DNA of 64,000 nucleotides from Eledone cirrhosa (lineage: Eukaryota). The position numbers and the translations under genes are program-made. Below, one piece after another: positions 54,302 to 64,000 of this stretch (position 1 is the first letter of the stretch; each line of letters starts with the position of its first letter). The notes under the pieces are model-generated. The model did no database searches and was not told where the DNA came from. It was given only the letters and a program-made list of their open reading frames with translations. Location: NCBI GenBank assembly GCA_964016885.1, contig OZ024742.1, positions 3,596,001 to 3,660,000 on the forward strand, given 5' to 3'.

Positions 54302-57300
54302 AGTAATAATAATAAATTTGAAGACTAATATACAAAGAGGGCTCGATAAGGATAAATATATATCAAATATATAAGAACCGTAGAGCAAATATTTATTAAA
54401 ATAAAAGATTAAAGTTTAAGCAAAGAATAGCTGCTTTCACCCTTAACGGGTTCTTCTGAAACTAACAAAGTCAATCTGTAAACGCAGAAGTGGATATTTC
54501 AAAAGACGTTGCAACCGGAGGAAGACATGAAGACGATACTTTGGTTCGTGGAAACGTTCCCTATGCAAATAAGTAATGGTATAAACATAACATATACTTA
54601 GCTACTACATCAAGACGTAAAATATCCACATATAGATCGTACTCGCCGTTAGGGTATAATGTGGGGCTGTAATACAGGAAATCTTTGTGCAATTTATATT
54701 TACAAGCCGAAATTGCCTCAGATTGTTTGTTTAAGATGTGGTCTGTGGCGTAGAGTATTTCCAGGGCCTCAGCGGTGCAGAGGTCACATGGTCTTTTATT
54801 TCCGTTATACGATCTAGCCCTAGCTAGGATCTCCCAGTGTAACTTATATTGGGTGTGGTTGTCTTTTAGACTCCAGATATAAGCTGAAAGTGATGTCATA
54901 TTCCTTCTTAGAAGGTAACGAAAAGAATGGTGTTGCATGTAAAGACGCTGCTTGAATCTATTGGAGGTTAACCATATGTAGGCCCTACGGGACGTGGGTG
55001 TTTCAACCTTACATTTGTAGACGATGTTACTAGAGAGGCATTTCCCGGATAGGGGGCAATCAACCCGATTCCTACAATCATAGTTAGTACTAACTACAGG
55101 TTGCACGTGTTCCTACGGCTAGGTAGTTTAGCTAAATTTGAAGCTGTGATGTTACGTGCAAGGTTAGGAGTCGTAGAGTAAGAAATTTTAATAGTATTTC
55201 TATTAAAAATTTTACTATATTTATGTGTAGGGGGAAAATGCTTCGTAATAAGGGATAGAAAGATCTTAGCTAATGGTGTGGCCACCTCCATATTATATGG
55301 TGGGTTATACCATATAATGCGACGGGATCTATTTCTTCTAGGTCTATTCTTGTACTCTGACAAATCCACTCCGAGCAAGAGCTTCATTGTAATAAGTGGA
55401 ATGATCGTTGAAAATAAGCTCGTTAATAGATAGACGGGAAAGCCTCAACGAAACGTTTCTTACCAGGTTATTGGTTATGCTGGCAGGATGGTTGGAATGC
55501 TTACTTATGTAATTAAGCGTATCATTCGGCTTTCTATACGGGTAATACAAGCCATTCGATAAATTGAGGGTAACGTCGAGGTAATTAACGACCGAGAGAT
55601 TGGCCTCAACCTGTATAGAGAGGTTGAAGCCTTTAAAGAAGGCTGTGAGTTCTTTTCTGAACCTGTCGCAAGCACGAGGGCCGCACTTAGTCATGGTCAA
55701 AAGACCATCATCACGGTACAAACCACCGCCCGCGACGGGGAATTCGTCCTTGATAGAGAAAAGAAGGAAAACCTCCGCAGAATCGCTGGCGCCCATATGG
55801 GGTACTATTGGATTTTTTAATCCAAATAAAGTCGTCGAATTTAATCAGCGACTTACGGGCACTGAGGATGACATCAACTTCGAAATCCTTAACCACTGTG
55901 CGTGTTTTAGCGAAATTGATAGGTCTAAGGAGAAGTGGTAAAGTGATGGAGGAGTAGTAATTATTGATGTCGAATTGGATAAAACGGCAATGTTTCTTGT
56001 TGCATATGCCGTTGAACCAATCAATCACCGCGAAAGAATTGTTTCACAGTGCAAGAGAGGCCAAACTTCTAATTTCAGGTATAATTCTATCAAGAATCCT
56101 TTTACTAAGTCTACCTAAATCGGACTTCGTAGGGTTAATAAGCCGAATAGAAGGGTTGTTCGGAAAATTGGATTTGTGATCCTTCAGGGTAAAGTGGGGA
56201 GAAATAGGGTCCAGAGGTTCGGGCCGGTCCAGGATGTTGAGATCAGAGGTGATTTTAAACCCAGCATCGTTGATTTCATTGATAACGCACCGATTAGTTT
56301 TACGGTAATCCTTAGTTACAGCAGTATGTAGTAGTTGATGGTAAGTACTGCGCTCCACTTGATATAGGTTGCCAGTTTTGTCGGAATGGACGTGCACGTC
56401 ATTAGAATCCTTAATAGAACGAATTCTATTCTTCTGCCGCCAGCATAACCAAGAACCTGGTAAGAAACGTTTCGTTGAGGCTTTCCCGTCTATCTACTAA
56501 CGAGCATATTTTCAACGACCATTCCACATATTACAATGAAGCTCTTGCTCGGAGTGGATTTGTCGATAAGGTAGCAGATACAGAGTACGAGAATAGACTT
56601 AGAAGAAATAGATCCCGTCGCATTATATGGTATAACCCACCATATAATATGGAGGTGGCCACACCATTAGCTAAGATCTTTCTATCCCTTATTACGAAGC
56701 ATTTTCCCCTTACACATAAATATAGTAACATTTTTAATAGAAATACTATTAAAATTTCTTAATCTACGACTCCTAACCTTGCACATAACATCACAGCTTC
56801 AAATTTAGCTAAACTACCTAGCCGTAGGAACACGTGCAACCCTGTAGTTAGTACTAACTGTAATTGTATGAATCGGGTTGTTTTCCCCCTATCAGGGAAA
56901 TGCCTCTCTAGTAACACTGTCTACAAATGTAAGGTTGAAACACCCACGTCCCGTAGGGCCTACATATGGTTGACCGCCAATAGATTAAAGCAGCGTCTTT
57001 ACATGCATACCCATTCTTTTCGTTACCCTCTAAGAAGGAATATGGCGTCACTTTCAGCTTATAGCTGGAGTCTAAAAGACAACCACACCCAATATAAGTC
57101 ACACTGGGAGATCCTAGCTAGGGCTAGATCGTATAACGGAAATAATAGACCATGTAACCTCTGCGCCGTTGAGGCCCTGGAAATGCTCTACGCCAAGACC
57201 ACATCTTAAACAAAAAATCTGAGATAATTCGGCTTGTAAACATAAATTGCACAAAACTTTCCTGTATTACAGCCCCACATTATAGCCTAACGGCTAGTAC

Positions 57301-57535
57301 GATCTATATGTGGATATTTTATGTATTCATGTGGTAGTTAAGTATATGTTATGTTTATACCATTACTTATTTGCATAGGGAACGTTTCCACGAACCAAAG
57401 TATCGTCTTCCTCTGTTTGCAACGTTTTTTGAAATATCCACAGATTGACTTTGTTAGTTTCAGAAGATCCCGTTAAGAGTGAAAGCAGCGATTCTTTGCA
57501 GCGATTCTTTGCTTAAACTTTAATCTGTTATTTTA

Positions 57536-57540
<5 letters not shown>
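54302..57540 (-). mobile_element. PLE family 2 tail-out pair: minus copy 54302-56438 and inverted plus copy 56439-57540
   Basis: The right arm matches the reverse complement of about 54393-55484. Both arms end in (TA)n. Confidence 0.93.
54561..56397 (-). pseudogene. PLE-2 RT/GIY-YIG ORF with several frameshifts
   Basis: SDKTGN, RLINPTKSDLG, FDINNYYSSI, MGASDSAE, LYRDD, YLDV, WYNPPY, CDLC; homologous to 11413-13422. Confidence 0.92.
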
Positions 57541-57590
<50 letters not shown>

Positions 57591-57593
<3 letters not shown>

Positions 57594-57780
57594 CGAAGGA
57601 AATGTGGTAAGGAACCAGGTGGACCATAACGCACCAAAGTACTCAATACTTGAGGTAGTAGAGTGGGTAATAGGAACCAGTAAGACCCCGACAGCTGAGC
57701 TCAAGCCGTTTCGACGGCTAATTCCGTCCAGAATTAGCCGTCGAAACGGCTTGAGCTCAGCTGTCGGGGTCTTACTGGTT

Positions 57781-57785
<5 letters not shown>
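57591..57785. mobile_element. Second copy of the 3477 fold-back with longer arms
   Basis: Same flanks. The centre is extended to CGACGGCTAATTC-CGTCCA-GAATTAGCCGTCG. Confidence 0.88.
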
Positions 57786-57871
<86 letters not shown>

Positions 57872-57925
57872 ATATATATATATGTATATATATATATGTA
57901 TGTATATATATATATTTTGTATATT

Positions 57926-57965
<40 letters not shown>

Positions 57966-58006
57966 ATATATGTATATATATATATATATATATATTAAAT
58001 ATATGC

Positions 58007-58165
<159 letters not shown>

Positions 58166-58635
58166 AAAAATGCACAACTATAGATTTGTGTAAATTATTA
58201 AGATGGAGACGACATAGATAATATCCTAAAACAAGATATAGAGAACGTGATTTCATGACTCTCAGTAAAAGCTGGTGATTATGATAGAGAAGGTTATGAA
58301 GAAGTAAATGATAACTATATTAACAGTAGGTATATTGTTATATAAAATCATGTGGAGGATTGTCTCGAAAGAACAAAATAAAAGATGATGATAAAGAGGA
58401 AACTTATAAAAGCTAAAATGAATAATAAATCTTTCAATGGGATGACTGCATTGTGAGAGACATTAAGAAGGGGTAAAGTTGAAGAGGTTCGGGGAAGGAT
58501 CAAAATAAATGTATTCAGAGTTAATAGGACTTATCAGATTTCTGTTATATTAATGGGCTTTCTATTTTGAACACCTTCTGCCAGCACAGAGATATGCATA
58601 AATATATACGGTGTAAAAATATATCAGGCATAGAG

Positions 58636-58830
58636 ATTAATGATTGATTTTGTTATTGTCTCTGATATCTCAGATTCTATGCTGGATGTTCATGTTAAGA
58701 GAGGGGCTGAACTGCCAATTGATCACCATCTAGTTATCTGCAACTTGAGTGTAAAGCCAAATACGTCCACAAAAATGACAGGTTCAGGGTGACCTAAAGG
58801 ATTAAGTGGGAAGCATTGGTGGATAAGAAA
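58636..58830 (+). pseudogene. RTE-type apurinic endonuclease C-terminal fragment
   Basis: MIDFVIVSDISDSMLDVHVKRGAELPIDHHLVICNL. Confidence 0.72.
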
Positions 58831-59013
58831 ACCTGGACAAGATATACGTATGCCATTGCATCCGAATTCACTCCAGAGTTACAATTTGATTTCATAACTC
58901 ATTGTAAAACAATGAAAATACCCCGAAAAGATTGGCTCAATGTAAAAGAAGATGAGTTGAGAATCCGTTGGGTGAAACGCGTCCTCGAGGATGGCTTGCT
59001 AATTTGTTGCGGA

Positions 59014-59068
<55 letters not shown>

Positions 59069-59226
59069 TACTCCACTGCCTATGTAATATATCTACCATA
59101 TATCTATTAGGAATACACAATGATGTTATTCCTTTAAAGTTTCACATATTTATAGAAATGAAATTATCTATGAAAAATATCATGTTTCACCTATATTTTA
59201 AATTTTCTCTACACATTCACACACAC

Positions 59227-59295
<69 letters not shown>

Positions 59296-59791
59296 GTGCA
59301 TGTAATTTCACAAATAAAACATTTGAGATACCATCTCTTCATATTCTATTCATAAATTTTTTCATTTTATGAATCCTATTGTAAAAATTCCAATCTAACT
59401 TTTGTGTATTAAATTAAATTTACCAATTTATATTCAGTCAGTAAGTCTATAAAATATAACATGGTCTTTATTTTTTTACTTGTTATTTGACTTTGTCCAA
59501 GCTGGAGCATCGACTTTTAGGGGATCTAATCGATACCAATATTTATTTTAAAGTGTGGTACTTACTGAACCACAAAGTTACGGCAGGCACAATGTATATA
59601 CACTCTGATTACCTGTAGAGGCAATATTTATTACAATGCTATTGAAGTGAGTATACATTTTTGTGGGACACCCTGTATACATAATAGGTGATTCAATAAA
59701 TTTGTGGTTTACTGAGGAAGGTACCAATACCAGCAATCTAGGGTATATCAGATACGGGTCTATAACATAAATATGTGAAACCTGGTTTTAT

Positions 59792-59833
<42 letters not shown>

Positions 59834-60892
59834 GAGAAGGGGGAGAGAGAGGTCTCTGCAGTTTACCTCTACCATCATTGATTAACTCAAACCTATAAAA
59901 AAGACATTTGTACAATGTTCCCCGAAAGCAAGTTAGTGTATAGCAAACATTTCAACCACTCAACCACGCTTGCACTTATTGTAAGATAGCTAAATTGACT
60001 TTTGAATAGTAAATTACATTTATTACATTATAAGCAATAAAAAGATAAAATCTAAAGATTTGATTAATAAATCTTGCGGAATTTACATGAACTGGCAACT
60101 ACGTATTTCTTTTGAACATTAATATGTCATATAGGTTTGTGGTGGAGCCTTTGACAGTAGAGACTTACAATTTGTTTGTTTTGTTTTTTTGCTCTCGGAC
60201 CACATCTTTATTCTATTATGCTATCTGAGTGGAAGTGTCTACCCGCAAGCATAAGCCACACGAATTGTAATGGCTTCTTGTCAAATTTATAGCAGTAGAG
60301 ACTTCCGCCGTTCTTGGCTCCCGGACCACATCCCTACATAAAACAATCGGGGCGTAGTTAGCCAACCGCAAGTGAGAGCCCCATGTGCTGGAGTGTCTGT
60401 TCCAACACGTCTCTCTCACCATCCTCCGGAGAAATATCTTCTCCATTCTGTCCGTCCCGGGACCACGGAACTAACTCTTAAACAGTGAGTAGTAAATGCA
60501 GCTCAAACACACGCACACAGACAGTCACACACATACACACCGACATAGTTACACACATACACACTGGCACAGACATACACTGAAACAGACACACGCATGT
60601 CATGAATATTATATAATTAACTATTTTACTGTATGTGTAGAAATAAAGCCAATATGTATAAGTAAGAATGTATATAAGTTAATAGCATTACAACAAAAAA
60701 TATGATGAAAAATATACACAAGCTATAACCGTAAGAAGTTTATATGTTCAACATATACATATGTGCTACGTACGGAAATAGCCGATGTACATATTGAAAA
60801 TAAAATGGTTGTAGTGACATAGCTGTTATATCAAGTAAATAAGTACTTGCTCTTAATCTCTCCACATAAATATTAAATAAATACACACATGA

Positions 60893-61270
60893 CAGGGCGG
60901 TGGATGCGCAGTATCGGTAGAGCGTCGAACCACATACATTGCGGCATATAGTCATAGCCCTTTACACGTTCAAATCCAGCCGAGGTTAGCTTTACCTTTC
61001 ATCCTTACGTAGTCGATAATATAAAGTACCAGTAACAAAATGGGGTCGATTCATTCGACTTTCTCCTCCCTTCAAAAATTGTTGGGTTTGTGCCTAAATC
61101 AGAACAATTATTGATAAGAAGTGAGGCGGTGAGTTGCCAGTCATTAGAACGGTGGAGCGAATGTTGGGTGTTATTGAGCTCTGATGTTCTGTGCTCTGTG
61201 CTCTGATTTCAAATTCCGCAGAGGTCAACTTTGCCTTTCGTCACTTAGCGTCCATAAATATAGTACCGGT
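60893..61270 (+). mobile_element. Two tandem SINE copies
   Basis: GTTCAAATCCAGCCGAGGTTAGCTTTACCTTTCATCCTTACGTAGTCGATAA, with a second head at about 61124. Confidence 0.78.
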
Positions 61271-61889
61271 GTTTATGTTTCTTCTATACCTCTTTTATTC
61301 ACTCTCTCTTTCCCTCTCTATGGAAGAAATCGGTTAAGCTCCAGACTGGAGAGAGATGGACATATCAACATGGTGGCCCCACCATTCATGAGAGTGATAA
61401 GAGATCGATCCCATAGCCATTTCAAATAAACGAAACTGACGGAGATCCATGTCATTTATTTCCATACCCCCAAAACAGTGTCAACATCAAAAATGAATAT
61501 TACATAATTAAGAAATATTACTAAATAAAATACTGTAGCAACTATACTGATGTAGTTTATATCGCAGCTGCCATTGCACTTCCATTGTAAGGAATATTAA
61601 ATTATGACATCTTTCTGACTTAGCATAAATGAATAAATATCTCGTTATATATGTGGTGATTCTTACACTGCTAGAATAGTGAATACTAAATTGTGAATAG
61701 GAGATAGTTTTGTAACACTATATCAACTGGTATCATTGACTAAAATATTTATGGATTACGTCTTCCAAATATTATATATTCTCCAACTCTCTAAACGAGA
61801 AAACTGGTGATGGTAGTTTCATAAAAATTGAAATATATTCCTAGAAGTACGCATAGGATCATACACACGCATTCGTCTTTACTGCTATA

Positions 61890-62265
61890 TATGTGCGTAT
61901 GTGTATATGAGTATATGTGTATACGGTATGTGTATGCGGTATGTGCGTATGTGTATATGTGTATGCGGTATGTGTATGCGGTATGTGTATATGTGTATAT
62001 GTGTATGCGGTATGTGTATATGTGTATGCGGTATGTGTATATGTGTATGCGGTATGTGTATATGTGTATGCGGTATGGGTATATGTGTATGCGGTATGTG
62101 TATATGTGTATGCGGTATGTGTATATGTGTATGCGGTATGTGTATATGTGTATGCGGTATATGTATATGTGTATGCGGTATGCGTATGCGGTATGCGTAT
62201 ATGTGTATATGTGTATATGTGTATGCGGTATGTGTATGTGTATGCGGTATGTGTATATGTGTGTG

Positions 62266-62360
<95 letters not shown>
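61890..62360. repeat. 21-bp minisatellite TATGTGTATATGTGTATGCGG grading into (TG)n
   Basis: Direct periodicity. Confidence 0.95.
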
Positions 62361-62363
<3 letters not shown>

Positions 62364-62596
62364 CCGTAAAAAATACTTTTTTTCACTTTCTGTTCATTCT
62401 TCTTTTTGCTTTATTCTTTTCTGTCATTCATTCTATCTTCTAATGAAGGACGAACGCCTGAAAAGTTAAGATTCGTTTCCTGCTATATCACGTGTGAAAC
62501 TAATATATAACACCTTAGTGGGCAGCTTTGTTGGTTCTGGTCGTTGACTTATCGCGCATATACATATATGTGTGAGGAGGATAGCGAGGGAAAAAA

Positions 62597-63506
62597 AGCG
62601 AGAAAAAAAGAGTGAGAGAAAGAGCGAGAGAGAAAGAGTGAGTGAAAGAGTTAGAGAAAGAGTGAAAGAGAAAGAGTGAGAGAGAAAGAGTGAGAGAAAG
62701 AGTGAGTGAGAGAGAAAGAGTGAGAGAAAGAGTGAGAGAGAAAGAGTGAGAGAAAGAGTGAGCGAAAGAAAGAGCGAAAGAGTCAGAGAAAGAAAGAGCG
62801 AAAGAGTGAGAGAAAGAGTGAGCGAGAGAAAGAGTGAGAGAAAGAGTGAGCGAAAGAAAGAGCGAGAGAAAGAGTGAGAGAAAGAGTGAGCGAAAGAAAG
62901 AGCGAGAGAAAGAGTGAGAGAAAGAGTGAGAGAAAGAAAGAGTGAGAGAAAGAGTGAGAGAAAGAGTGAGAGAAAAAGAGCGAGAGAGAAAGAGTGAGAG
63001 AAAGAGTGAGAGAAAGAGCGAGAGAAAGAGTGAGAGAAAGAGCGAGAGAAAGAGTGAGAGAGTGAGTGAGAGAAAGAGTGAGCGAAAGAGTGAGAGAAAG
63101 AGTGAGAAAAATAGTGAGAGAAAGAGTGAACGAAATAGTGAGAGAAAGAGAGAGAGAAATAGTGAGAGAAAGAGTGAGCGAAAGAATGAGAGAAAAAGAG
63201 AGAGAAAGAGTGAGAGAAAGAGTGAGCGAAAGAGCGAGAGAAAGAGAGAGAAAGAGTGAGCCAAAGAGTGAGAGAAAAAGAGAGTGAAGGAGTGAGAGAA
63301 AGAGTGAGAGAAAGAAAGAGCGAAAGAGTGAGAAAAAGAGTGAGCGAAAGAGTGAGAGAAAGAGTGAGAGAAAGAGTGAGAGAAAGAATGAGCGAAAGAA
63401 AGAGCGAAAGAGTGAGAGAAAGAGTGAGCGAAAGAGTGAGAGAAAGAGTGAGCGAAAGAAATAGCGAAAGAGTGAGCGAGAGAAAGAGTGAGCGAAAGCG
63501 TGAGAA
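62597..63506. repeat. Polypurine minisatellite of about 12 bp (GAGAAAGAGTGA)
   Basis: Direct periodicity with degenerate units. Confidence 0.95.
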
Positions 63507-64000
63507 ATTATGTTTCTATTATTTTCACCCTTCACAAATGCCATTTGAATTTCAACGTCTATTATTAAAGCAATGACAATCTGAAACCTCTTGCATTTTT
63601 CTAACAATGTTCTGAAAATTACTTGTGAAATCTACTTCCATAATTACCCTGTAATTTCCATATTCATTACTAAATTATATACTTGTTAGACATTGTTTTG
63701 TTATCTCCCCCGTTAGTAGTATATTGTCTCACATATTATTCCTCATTATCTTAAAATTATAATTGTAAAATTCTCCTTTGTATTATCTGAAAAACATTGT
63801 TTACGAAATCATCAACGGAATCATTTTCATCATCATCATTTGCAAGCTCCATTTTTTATGTTGATGTCTCTTATGAGAAAATGTACACTCCTCATTCACA
63901 ATCGAGTATGACTTGGTAGCATGTACCATGCCTTTTGTTGTTAAGGATTTTTAGGTGCCTATAGAGTTGTAAGCCGTTACATTCTCTCGACCTTCCCTCC

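Noticed and set aside
58945-58990. AAGATGA..GAAACGCGTC HHR-like motif
   Set aside because: The core 5' box and stems I and II do not form convincingly.

Overview
AT-rich, repeat-dominated animal DNA with no confident host gene. The SINE content and microsatellite load resemble an octopod cephalopod (inference). The window contains: (i) Penelope-like elements (PLEs; RT plus GIY-YIG) of about five families, including one near-intact copy at 9123-14960; (ii) R4/Dong-like restriction-like-endonuclease (RLE) LINEs at 44.5-51.8 kb; (iii) CR1, RTE and Tx1/L1-like fragments; (iv) many tRNA-derived SINEs; and (v) micro- and minisatellites. The main signal is that most inserts in (TA)n tracts are fold-backs: two oppositely oriented 3' ends point outward into the TA tracts, often ending at internal TA microhomologies. 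About a dozen sequence-unrelated families carry type I hammerhead ribozyme (HHR) motifs near those ends. Up to five families show the compensatory U3-A8 core variant. One family is a non-coding 591-nt tandem unit with the structure expected of a rolling-circle-copied circular RNA (retrozyme-like). All alignments and folds were done by eye, and coordinates are approximate to a few nt.
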